Shown: piece by piece, positions 38,675 through 50,900 of the stretch
Numbering within the stretch: position 1 is the stretch's first letter
How the letters are laid out: the number at the start of each line of letters is the position of its first letter
Assembly (NCBI GenBank): GCA_951406725.2
Contig: OX597824.1
Location: 99,014,001-99,078,000 of the forward strand
Direction: 5' to 3'
DNA length: 64,000 nucleotides
From: Octopus vulgaris
Taxonomy: Eukaryota
The notes under the pieces: model-generated
Databases searched by the model: none
What the model was told of the DNA's origin: nothing
The model's input: the letters and a program-made list of their open reading frames with translations, nothing else
Translations under genes and position numbers: made by a program

Positions 38675-38863
38675 TACTCTTTTACTTGTTTCAGTCATTT
38701 GACTGCGGCCATACTGGAGCACCACCTTTAGTCAAGCAAATCAACCCCAGGACTTATTCTTTGTAAGCCTAGTACTTATTGTATCAGTTTCTTTTGCTGA
38801 ACCGCTAAGTTACAGGGACGTAAACACACCACCATCACTTGTCAAGCAATGTTGGGGGGGGGG

Positions 38864-38945
<82 letters not shown>

Positions 38946-39181
38946 GACTGGCTTCTTTCAGTTACCAAATCCACTCACAAGGTTTTGGTAGGCCTGAGGC
39001 AAAGACACTTGCCTGAGGTGCCACTGTGTCTCCTACTATAGCCTCGGGCAAGTATCTAACCCTATACCTTGGGTTATCTAACCCTAACCCTAGATAGCCC
39101 AAGTGTCTAACCCTATACTATACAACCTGGAACCATGTGATTGGTAAGCAAGCTACTTACCACACAGCCACTCCTGCACCT
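38675..39181 (-). mobile_element. Long tRNA SINE with central microsatellite (related copies at 44645-44850, 56828-56995, 59150-59325)
   Basis: Head GGTGCAGGAGTGGCTGTGTGGTAAG; tail ..CATGGCCGCAGTCAAATGACTGAAACAAGTAAAAGAG-like. Confidence 0.85.
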
Positions 39182-39509
39182 AATTTTTTCTTTCAAAACT
39201 TTTTCACTGTTCTCAGCTAGACATTCAGGCAAATATACTGGCACTGATATAGCAACATTCAAAATTTTGTCTTAGTGAATCTAGCTGAGGAGAACTAATC
39301 AAATTTATGTTAACAAACATATTTTGGAGAGTTCAAAACCTAGGTCCTAGATTATCCACATCTAGGTTGTACAGAAAAGATGAAGTTTTTTATGTTCGTC
39401 ACCGGCAAACATCTTTGCTAGTATATATACAGTGAAGCTTAACTATAGCATCATATATTATCAATTGCTGTTTCCAGTAAATATTGGTGCATTATTGTAC
39501 CACTATTCT

Positions 39510-39544
<35 letters not shown>

Positions 39545-39835
39545 TACAAGCTTATATATATATATATATAAAAGCTTACCTCCCACTCCCCAATCCTGTC
39601 CTCTTGGCCCTGTGCCACTGTATCATTGCTCTCTGCTATCCCCCCTGACCTGTGTGTTCCACCTACACACCCTGTCTCAATGTATCACTGCTAGCTCCTG
39701 ACCTGTGTGTTCCACCCACCCACCCACAGGTAACAAGAAAACTTTTCACTCACCCTACTCCAACAAACTAATCTACATCTCCATATCTCTTCTCTTCCTC
39801 ACATTTCCTCTTTCATACACTATGCCCAAGTTGGA

Positions 39836-40842
39836 GGGGTGTGGAATAAACTACCTGCATCAACTTGCTATAAAAGCTGTTAGTAATTTTACCTTGTACT
39901 TATTCTTAGTGCAAGTTTTGAAGAGTGCAGTTCGATTTTAAGTTATTTTTTTTCAAAGCTATAATGGAAGTGACAAAGGAGCATATTCAGCATATTTTGC
40001 ATTATGAGTTCAATAAAGGCAACAGTGCAACAGAAGGTGCAAGGAGTATTAAAGCCATATACGGGGATTGGACAATAAGCATAAGCCAGTGTCAACAGTT
40101 GGTCCAGAAATTCTGAGCCAGAAACTACAGCCTAGAAGATGACCCTCATTCAGGAAGATCTGTAGAGCTTGACAAGGACGTCCTGCATACCCTGGTGAAA
40201 CAAAATCCCATCATAACTGTTGAACTAGCAGAGACGCTTGGATTTGGTCACTCAACCATTCATTGACACCTGTATGCTATCAGAAAAGTCAGCAAATTGG
40301 GTCAATGGGTTCCTCACAAACCTTCTGAGTCTAATTGTGTGCAGATAGTGAATATGTGCTCTTCTTTGCTGCCACATCTCATGAATGAACCTTTTTTGGA
40401 CCCAATAGTGACTGGTGACGAGAAATGGGTTCTCTATAAAAATGTCAAGCAGCAAAGACAGTGGGTAGGGGAAGGAGAAACACTGGCACCCCAGGCTAAA
40501 GAAGGTCTTCATCCACGTAAGGAGTTGTTAACTGTTTGATGGGATATGAAAGGTTTAGTCTACTTTGAACTTTTAAACCAAACCAAATGATAACAAAGGA
40601 GATCTATTGTGAGCAGCTTGAGTGGCTTAAGTCAGCTCTAGAAGAAAAATGACCATATTTGATTTCAAGATGAAAGGTGTCCTTCCATCAGCCAGATACA
40701 GTGAGGATGACATTCGAAAGTCTGGAGCAGTTTGAATGGGAAATGATACCTCACCCACACTATTCACTGGACATTGTCCCATCTGATTATCATTTATTCT
40801 GTAGACGAGGTCAGAACAGTACTGGAGAAGTATTTTTTCATC
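39836..40842 (+). mobile_element. Mariner transposase pseudogene lacking its 3' end
   Basis: MEVTKEHIQHILHYEFNKG (ATG 39964), WVPHKPS, VTGDEKWVLYKN, YSLDIVPSDYHLF. Confidence 0.92.
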
Positions 40843-41360
40843 TGGAGGAGAGTATTATACTGTTTTATAAATATGAATGTTGTTATATAAAGTAGTCTAA
40901 AATATACCTAGTCTGAATAAAAGCCAGGATGGTCATGGCTAGAATGTCATTGATCATTGGTCTGATGGATCAGAACTGATCTGGGGATAAACAATAACAA
41001 AAATATTTATCTTGGAAATATATTTAAACTTGTTTTTTATCTGACAGTGAAGGGAATTACAACTAAAATCCCCAAGACTTGTCTTATCAAAAACTAATTT
41101 GCAGAAGAGTTGAAAAATTCCAAAGCATTTCCGCTTAGTTCTGGAACCACCCAAATATTGAAGATTTGTCTTCTAGAACAGTGTTGAGATTAAATTAATT
41201 ACAATACAAGAAGTATCTGTTCTTTGTTTGATTCTTACCAAATTTGCTATCAATAATCTCAGAAAGTGGTTGACATTCTTTGATCATGCCCTCCACCCTC
41301 AACACCTGATTATTCCAACTGAACTTAATGATTCAGCTTCTCTATGTGGTTGCCCATGAT

Positions 41361-41400
<40 letters not shown>

Positions 41401-41747
41401 ACATGCATAGAATAGTTATAAAAGTAAAAAAAAAAAATCTGGAATCTGTGTGTGTGTGAATGAGTTTGCATGTCTCTTTGCTTATGTTTTAACTGATTGG
41501 AAACAAATGGGGTTAGCATCAGGGAAGACATCCAGCAAAGGACCCTTGTCTGACCCATAAAAGCATGGAAAGTAGACATTAAAATACTTTGGCCAAGTGT
41601 CATCTACTGTAGCTCTAACCTGATTAAATCTTTGAGAGTGGAATTGATAGATAGATCCTGAAAGAAGCCTGTTGTATCTGTATGTATGTATGTGTGTATA
41701 TATATATTTTAAAAAGATGTGGAACACGAGTTGTGATATATAAAAAA

Positions 41748-42063
41748 AAGGAAATGAAGAAAATGCTGACAAAATAATTTAAGTAAGGGAGAGTGTATTT
41801 AATTAGGTGAAAGTTCTTTTTACCGGTTGCGCATTTGTTATGCTTATCGAAAGATATTTTTTTAAGAGAGATAGAGTTCCTTTCTGATAGATTTTTTTCT
41901 TATCAGATAAGAGAAAAAAATCTATCAGAAAGGAACTCTATCTCTCTTAAAAAATATCTTTCGATAAGCATAACAAATGCGCAACCGGTAAAAAGAACTT
42001 TCACCTAATTAAATACACTCTCCCTTACTTAAATTATTTTGTCAGCATTTTCTTCATTTCCTT
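41748..42063. repeat. Near-perfect palindrome, arms 157/158 bp, 1-nt centre at 41905
   Basis: Arms are identical apart from two small indels. Confidence 0.95.
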
Positions 42064-42348
42064 ATATATATATATATATATATATATACAAGATAAGAAA
42101 ATGGAGAAATACATCTAAATCAAATATCAATTACCAGATAATACTCAATCACATACTTTATTAAACCACCACATAAGAGACTGTAGGGTTAAACATAAAA
42201 AAGCAGAACAAATCAGTGTACATAAAGGAATGTACATAAAAAAGTGTACATAAAAGAGTAATGTTGTATAATAAGTAGAATATATATAAAAAAGAGAATA
42301 TAAATATAAGTAAATATAAATATAAATATAAATATAAGTATAGATTAC

Positions 42349-42475
42349 ATCTTACAGCTGTTTCGGCCATGTAGATAAGTATGTCTCATTTTACCAATAT
42401 TAGCCTTTTATGGTAGGTCAATATATAGATATAAATGAGACATTTACAAAAATATCATAAGGCTTCTTCGGAGAT
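42349..42475 (-). ncRNA. Hammerhead-like motif with about 100-nt stem II (Penelope-type)
   Basis: ATCT-CCGAAGA-AGCC..ATGTCTCATTT..AAATGAGACAT..GGCC-GAAA-CAGCTG-TA-AGAT. Confidence 0.65.
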
Positions 42476-43520
42476 ATACATATACATATGAGTGCATATA
42501 CTCACACACCTATACATATAAAAATATACATATACATAATGATGTAAATAAATAATATAAATTAGTAAACATATATATGTTCCACATTCAATGTTTCAGT
42601 TTTTCAACTTAATATTGTGATAATAAACATACACATATTAGTACCTAGATGCAAATATACACAGTCAATAGTACATTATATTACTTCCTACTAATTTTCA
42701 AAGTGTCATTAAAGTTAGCATCATTATCGTTGTCAATACCATTAATGCTACCATTATTACCATTCATAATATTATTAATAACACTTACATTAGGATCCAA
42801 AGTGGCACATATGTATGTCCGGGTTCCAGTTAGTAATTTTCCTTATGACATAAATACACTATTGGATTTGAATTTAAATTATCATTGTCTTCCTCATGGT
42901 TGGTCCACTGAGAGCCGCCCGACCTCCACCACACCGCACAAGAAAAACATGCACATCCACATCCAACCCTAAACCCATACGTCCACACAAAAACTCACAC
43001 ACACATGCACACACACATGAATACACCCTGACACATCCCAACACATTCACTAGATTGCAGAGTGTATGTCTGTTATCGCATGGCTTATAGACAAATCAGT
43101 ACAGGCAGCAGTATCTATACACTAACACACACACTCACACACACATCCGCATATACCCATAAATATTAATACACTCACATATACTGTGTCAGGGAACATT
43201 CGCACACACATATATACATATTTAAATATATATCTGCGCACTCATACGTACAAATAAAACCTATACTTATATCCACCCATGAATAAATATTCGCATATAC
43301 ATATATACATATCCAAATATGCACCTGCGTACTCATATGTATAAGAAAAACATACATACGTACATCCACCCACGAACATACCTATACGTACAAAAGCATA
43401 CATACGTACACATACACATTTTCACACACCTCGACACCTCAACCCACATCCACTAAATCATAAATTAAAATATATGTATGCCCATCCAAAGATGTATATA
43501 TATATATATACATATATATA

Positions 43521-43803
43521 CTAGCAGTATCGCCCGGCGTTGCTCGGGTTTGCTTCGACCCTTTAGAATTGGAATTTTTGAAAAGTAAAAATTTTGCATT
43601 ATGTAGCTTGTTATTCTCTTTAAGTGAACATTTTTCTGGTTGAAATACACCGAAAAATGGTGACACAGCAGTCAAAAAATAGTAAAAAAATAGCAACTTT
43701 CATAGAAAAAAAGCACCTTTTTGGTCAACTTACGCCGCAGGGTCTCGGAGGATATAGTGTTAGTTGAAGGCTATCAAACCTGCCATACACAGACATATAT
43801 AGA
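43521..43803 (-). mobile_element. Non-autonomous Helitron
   Basis: 3' hairpin CCCGAGCAACGCCGGG plus CTAG|T, identical to the end of the 58308 copy. Confidence 0.8.
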
Positions 43804-43823
43804 TATATAAATATATATATATA

Positions 43824-44019
43824 TTAGGGTACCCCATAAATAATGTGGTTTTTTATACTTCTTTTATTTTTCAAAATTAAGACAAAGTTCTTTTTTATTC
43901 TAAAATATACCTCACTTCATTTTCTACAATGCACTTCTATCTATCCTGTAGACTTGCAAAGCTCCTCTTCCAAAATTTACTTGTCCGTGATGAAAAATAC
44001 TCCTCCAGTACTGTCCTGA
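43824..44019 (-). mobile_element. Mariner 3' end with TIR
   Basis: TA|TTAGGGTACCCCATAAAT TIR; encodes RTVLEEYFSSRTSKFWKRS..DR*KCIVEN. Confidence 0.85.
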
Positions 44020-44852
44020 GAAGAGTTAAGAGAGAAAAGTTAAACTAGAAGCCAGGAGGAGATGAGGAGCAGTGACTTGGCCATCCACCAACGGGAGGGT
44101 GTTACGGTTCTGGGTCAAAACACCCGATGAACATTGGATGCCGTCTGACGACATCAGTTCCTACTGGCCAAATCCCCGTTCACTTTCGTGAATGGATAAA
44201 GCACCTCTTTATAGGTGTTACTAACATGTATGTATGTATGTGTGTGTGTATATTTAATGAAATAATATGAATACAGTGTAATTTATTTTATCAAATTATG
44301 CTACATATGTTTCAACATAGTGGCTACTTGTTTGTTCATAATGTATTATATAATTACATGACCAAACCATTTCTTTGGGCATTTTAAACAGTTGACAGTT
44401 AAAATTAGCCTGACTAATGAACCTGAAGATTGCTTAGGCACACAAGGAATGTTATAAAATCCTGCCTACCCACATGTCTTCACAGCGAGAAACTATCAAT
44501 AGCTCTTATCATTATGCTGTGTACGCTAAATGATATTTAACTCTCGCTGGATGGACTCCTTCTTTTGTTGACCTTACCTCAACAGAACACTAAACTAATA
44601 TTTGAATATATATACATATCTATGTATGATAATTTAAAAAATCTTTTTACTTGTTTCAGTCAATTGACTGCGGCCATGCTGAGACATCGCCTTGATTTTA
44701 ATCAAACTAATCAACCCTAGGACTTATTTAAGTCTATATTTATTCTATTGGTCTCTTTTTCTAAACTCTAAGTTACAGGGATTTAAACACATCAACACCG
44801 GTTGTCAAGCAATGATGGGGAACAAATAAAGACACACACAGATATACATAAT

Positions 44853-44909
<57 letters not shown>

Positions 44910-45217
44910 TAAGGTGGCTTGTTAGGAATTTTACAACTGAAAGGCGGAAATATATACGACTGAAGTGACTGAGGGTGCTATTCAGCACCAGTAATACTAG
45001 AAATAAGAGCTAAAACAACTCATAGCTACAATAATGCACTGTCTTATTTACTGACAAGGGGGGCAAGCTCCCTCAGCACCGGACATGGCCAGATCACCAG
45101 AGATTTTGCATTTACATTAACACTCATCAGCATTTACCATTTATGAAATCAGCATATGATTTCTATGGTGATCTTATAAACTGACGAGTTGAGTTTAACC
45201 CAAGGTGCCAGTGAGAG

Positions 45218-45262
45218 CCACTGATGAGCGTTAATGTAAACATGAAATCACTGGTGATCTGG
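45218..45262 (+). ncRNA. Compact type I hammerhead ribozyme with intact catalytic core
   Basis: CCA-CTGATGA-GCGTTAATGTAAACAT-GAAA-TCACTGGTGA-TC-TGG; predicted cleavage after AUC at 45259. Confidence 0.75.
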
Positions 45263-45275
45263 ATATGCCCAGTGC

Positions 45276-45337
<62 letters not shown>

Positions 45338-45974
45338 ATCATCATCTTTTAATGCCCATGTTCCATGCTAGCATGAGTTCGATAACTTCATAATGGCAAC
45401 TGGAAGGTTTTGGAATTGCTCTATTGAACCATCTGATTCTGTCAAGTTGATGCAGCAGGATGGGGAAAGAGATAATGTCACAAACATGTTGGCTTTTTTC
45501 CTATTTGCTTCTTATTTTATTTTGATTTTTTTCTCTCTTCTTAACGAACCTACTTCGTGTACTTCACTCTGATATGTGTGTGTGTGTGTGTGTGCGCGTG
45601 CGCATGTCTGTATAAACATAATTTCTTGTGTGAAAGGCTTGCTATAAATATTTATTGATAACTCCATATGAGTAAGAGGCTGTGGTGTTGTTCTGTCAAC
45701 TGAAGCATGTTTGGTGCCGTCTTGGGATTTAAAACTGTTAAACTCTAAACAGTGATTTTGCTCTCTTCTAGATTTGAGACAGCCATTGACAGATATAACA
45801 TCATAACATTAACAACTATAACATGAATATTTACATGCATAAACACCCACACACACAGTCTCATATGGGTGTGTAGGTGAATATATATATATATATATTA
45901 TGTGTATATATATTATATAAATGCACATACACATTCATACATATATGTAAACACTTACACATCATATGCTAGGA

Positions 45975-47310
45975 ACAAAGCTATACATTCTTCTGACTTG
46001 GCAGTAGTGAAGATGTGGGTGGTGAGGGTATAATTTTGGCAAAGAAATGGATGAAGTGATTGAAGTAGTCAGAGCGTTTGATAGGATAATTAAACTTAGG
46101 CAAGTCTCAGGAAACAGAGCAACAGCATTTATATCTGCATATGCTCTTTGATCAGAACTGGCAGATGAACAAAGGGGCTGATTTTATGAGGCCTTTCTGC
46201 AGATTACTTCAATAAAAAATGACAGTGACCTGATCTTCATGACTAGTGACTTCAATGGACAGCAATCCAATAGATTCCATGGTGTACATGGAGGCTATAG
46301 CTATGGCCCTAGAAGTAAGGAGGGAACAAAGCTCTTGGAATTCTGTGATTCAGATAACCTGATGGTCTGCAACACAAACTTCAAGAAACATACCAGTCAC
46401 ATGATCATCTACCACTCTGATGGCCACAAAAGCCAGGTTGACTAGATTCTCACAAGATGCAGGGATAGACAGACACCTGAGAATATGAATGTCCTTCCCA
46501 GGTGAAGAATGTGCAACTCAATATATTTTAGTAGTTCATGACTTCAGATTGAGAGCTAGAAGGATTCAGAGACACGGATCAGTTTAGAAAAGGAAGAAAT
46601 GGAAGCTTAAAGATTGATTAAGCTGTCAGGAATATAGAAACCTTCTAAATGAAATATTTGATGAGAAATAAAAAGAGACAGAGATGAATAAATGGAGGAG
46701 AACTGGAATTTTGACAGGATAATCTGCTGAGGAACACAGAGCAAATCTATGGCAGGTGTCAAATTCCATGCAGACCAAGGATGATGTGGTAGTGGAACAA
46801 TGAAGTAAAGTGGACCATAAAAGTGAAGGAACTGGCTTGGAAGGATTGCAAGAATGGGGGTAGCAGAGAATTATATCGGGAAGTAGGAAGTGAAACTAAG
46901 GGACAGATTTACTTAGCAAGGAAAGAAACAGAAAGAGGTTTGCTAGTGTGACGATCAAAGAGTGTGAGATGTTCCAAATTGTTTAGACAGGGCATCAGTG
47001 AGAAAAGAGATGTTGTGGGTGAGAGGTGTGTATGGATGGATAATGATACGCTTGCCCTGAGTGATTCTAAAAAGCAACAGGCTCAGAGTTGCCATTTTGA
47101 AAGGTTATTAAATATGGAGAATGCAGGCAAAGAAGAAAGTCTTCCCAATGCTGATCCAGCAGAGGTACCAGCTATCTTAATTGATAGCAGTAAGATAGAA
47201 GACAGGGAAATCCCCTGGTCTATCAGGAATTACTGCTGAGATGCTTAAAATGTCTGGTGGAATGCGATACAGCCGAGTTACCAATGTAGTTGTAGAGGTT
47301 ATACAAGGAG
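45975..47310 (+). mobile_element. Decayed RTE LINE (endonuclease to start of RT)
   Basis: SDFNG..VHGGYSYGPRSKEGTKLLEFC..NTNFKK; continues as a homologue of 21000-21650. Confidence 0.85.
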
Positions 47311-47545
47311 GTATTCTACCCATTGTTCTTTTGATGAAATTAACCAAGAGCAGAATGACATACTTTCCATCTCTTTTCTGTGCTACCTGTTATCTCTCCA
47401 ACTCCCTTCAACTCTACCCTATTCACACCCATACCTTGTTCCTAACACCCACCACATCACACCTCACTTTTGATTTCTTCCATCCCTGTCACTCTCTCTT
47501 CCCCTTCCCTCTCATCGGCTCCCTATCTCTCATTCCGATCTACAC

Positions 47546-47580
<35 letters not shown>

Positions 47581-49272
47581 TGATTCACTTCATTCCTTTT
47601 CTGGCACTCATCCCCCCCCCCGTTTCCCTGCCCACATTGAACCTTATCTATTTCATATCACCTCCCCTCACCTCCTCTACCCACACACACACCTTGTGGT
47701 CTTCTGTTTTCCTTCTCCCTTACCCTGGCAGAATCCTTTGACATTTCATCTTTATTTCTCTTTCCAATTACTTCTGCTCACCCTTATATAATGTAGGGTA
47801 GCCATGTATCCCTTTTACAACAACAAACTACTTTCTGTTCTTCTATCATACTTCAACATCTCAACAACTAGCATAAAGCCATTCCCTACCCTCTTTGCTA
47901 TACTCCCATTCAGTTAAGAGTGCTTTCTAATCTTTTGACTCACATGACAAACTTGTAAGTGTTGGTACCATGAAAAAGGTACCCAGTACACTTTTCTAAA
48001 GTGACTGGTGTTAGGAAGGGCATCCAGCTGTAGAAGCCATACCAAAGCAGGCATTGGAGCTTGATGCCCTTTGCCAACTTGTTCGATCCTCTCAAACCAT
48101 ACAACCCATGCCAGCAGCAAAGATGGCCATTAAAGGACAATAATGATAATGTTATATAGAATACATGAATACACATACTACATACTCAGATGCAAACACG
48201 CACACACACACATAGTGTCTCTATCACACACATATATGTAGTATAAATCAATTTCAAATTTTGGCACAAGGCCAGAAATTTTGGGGTGGGGCAAGATTAA
48301 GTTGATTCCATTGACTGCCGCTAGAATTCAACTGCTACTTATTTTATCAACCCCCAAAAGGATGAAGGGCAAAGTCAGCCTCAGCAGAATTTGAAATCAG
48401 ACTGTAAGGATGGATGAAATGCCAATAAGAATTTTAACCTGGCATGCTAATGATGCTTCTGCCAGTTTGTCACCTTAATATCTATAGTAATATATCAAGT
48501 ACCTATAAGTATATGTTGCATAGCACATACATATGCATACACATATTATTCTTCACACACACATTTCATTCTTCCACAAACACGTGGGTGTTTCGGCTCT
48601 GTGTTGTTATCAGCTGAGTAGCTCTGTCACAGAATCCCAGGAAAGACATAGAGGAGTGAGTTTCCTGCTGTCTTCACCAGGAAAGTGTGAAGTCTCTGGC
48701 TTTTACAATAGGTGTTGCCATTATTAATGCTATAAGTGGTCTACAAGAAGTAGGAATACGACCAACAGGGAGTTGAAATTTCATATGAGGCTTAGTTCAA
48801 GCAGGGGATTATCTTCAAATTTCAATTGTAGACTCAAGTGAAATCTCTGAAGAAATATAGCAAGAGTGTAACTTCCAGAAAATATGTCAGAAAGTTTCTG
48901 TGAATGTCACCAAATACCAAGTTAATGCCAATGACTATTACCAGGATGTAATACTTTGACTTGCTAGAAATAATAGTAAAATTTTCCCTAAAGTGCATAT
49001 CATAGTCTTCAAACATGAAGAACACAATATATAACAGAGTCCTAAGTATATATTCTGTCTGAATAAAACATTGGATTTTCACTTTGGAATGTCTTTGACC
49101 ATAAATCTGCAGGACAAGAACTGACTTGGAACAAAGTAGAAATAGGAGAGAATTAGGGAGACGATTGCACAGATAGGATGATGTGATGAAGAATACATAA
49201 TTAGTGGGGAAGTGTGCTGTGTATAAAGGTTGTAAAATATATAATGGGTGAGAAGAGTGTATAATATATAAT

Positions 49273-49482
49273 GGATCTTTTCGGTTTGAATGGCAGATTT
49301 TAACATAATTTTAACATAATGCAAGAAATTAAAGACAAAATATCTTACAAACTATAGAATTTTCTCAAGAAAGCCAAGAGAAAATGATGTTTTATAAACA
49401 CATTCTACCAGTATACGAAATTTAAATTTTTTTAGTTACCTAGAAATTATGTTAAAAACTGCCGTTCAAACCGAAAAGATCC
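49273..49482. mobile_element. 210-bp MITE with about 38-bp TIRs and 8-bp TSD
   Basis: GGATCTTTTCGGTTTGAATGGCAG.. / ..CTGCCGTTCAAACCGAAAAGATCC; TSD TATATAAT on both sides. Confidence 0.9.
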
Positions 49483-49623
49483 TATATAATGAATGTATAA
49501 ATAGGTGAGGAGGTGTTGGGTAGTAGCAATGGAGGAAACATGAAGTAGCAGAAAATGTAGGAATGGAGAGAGGTGAAAACTGATTTGGTTTTGATTCTCA
49601 GGCAGGAGACAATATCAGTTATT

Positions 49624-49755
49624 GCTTCTGAAGACTATTAAGAAATGCATGAGCACCACTAACCACCATTCTCTTCATATCTGGATAGGACCCTTTTAAT
49701 TAAGAAATGCTAACATGGTGAGTTGGTGGAAATATCCCAGAAACAGCTGTAAGAC
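49624..49755 (+). ncRNA. Hammerhead-like motif with about 105-nt stem II (degenerate)
   Basis: CTGAAGA (49628)..CACCA..CACCAT..ATGGTG..TGGTG..GAAA-CAGCTG-TA-AGAC. Confidence 0.55.
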
Positions 49756-50324
49756 CTTCTCTTTATAAATGTTCTGAAATCTTTCACAGCCTTGGATTTT
49801 TATCTCATTCTGTTTCTATATATAAAAGTGTACAGTATTATATATCCATTTATGGCCGATCTTATCAATTGGTTTCACACTAGAGATTCAACGGAGTGTT
49901 AGGTAATAGTCTGGTTATATAACCCTGAGCACAGGGTATACAAACAGTGTAGTAGGCAAGCCCATGTACACATGCGTAAGTACACATGCAAAACAGAGAT
50001 GCAAGTACACACACACAAATGCACAGATGCAAATGTATGTGCAGATAAGTATACACACCATAGTAGGACAAAGTGGAGCAGGAGGATTCATGTGGATGGA
50101 AAGAGTTGCTGAAGAGTCACAGATATGTGATGAAAGGTTTCCAGACAATGGACATAAGATAAAATAAGAACACTAATAACCAAGTAAAGAACAAATATAC
50201 CGTGTGTGTGTTTATTTGGCAAAAAAAAAATAATAAAATGACCATCCTGAAATATAACAATACGTGTTTCAACGCATTATTTCACATCAGGAATCTTGCA
50301 ACACAAATTCATAAACGTATGTAT

Positions 50325-50900
50325 ATATCATCATCAGCGTCGTTTAACGGCCACTTTCCATGCTGGCATGGGTTGGACAGTTTGACTGAGGGTGGGCAAG
50401 GCAGAAAGCTGCACCAGGCTCCAATCCAATCTGGCAAAGTTTCTATAGCTGGATGCCCTTCCTAATGCCAACCACTCCAAGAGTGTAGTGGGTGCTTTTT
50501 ATGTACTTTTTATGTGCCACCGGCACAAGGGCCAGTCAGGCAGTACTGACATTGATCACACTTGAATGGTGCTTTTTACATGCCACTGGCATGGGAGCCA
50601 GTCAGGCAGCACTGGCAACGAACATGCTTGAATTGTGATTTTTACATGCCACCTCACTTGGTTTCCCAGGTCTTCTCAAGCACAGCATATCTCCAAAGGT
50701 CTCAGTCACTTGTCATTGCCTTGGTGAGGCCCAACATTTGAAGATCGTGCTTCACCACCTTATCGCAGGTCTTCCTGGGTCTAACTCTTCCACAGGTTCC
50801 CTCTACTGCTAGGGTGTGACACTTTTTCATGGTCATGTGCTGCGTATGGGTGAGCCGTCCTCATCCATGTGCTACATGACCATACCAGCGCACCACATCT
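50325..50900 (-). mobile_element. RTE 3' end with tail (similar decayed copies at 51700-52100, 55270-55530, 58695-59150)
   Basis: Homologous to 17382-18040. Confidence 0.8.

Noticed and set aside
50255-50295. Minus-strand CTGATGT..GAAACACGTA hammerhead-like remnant
   Set aside because: Core and all stems are too degenerate to support.
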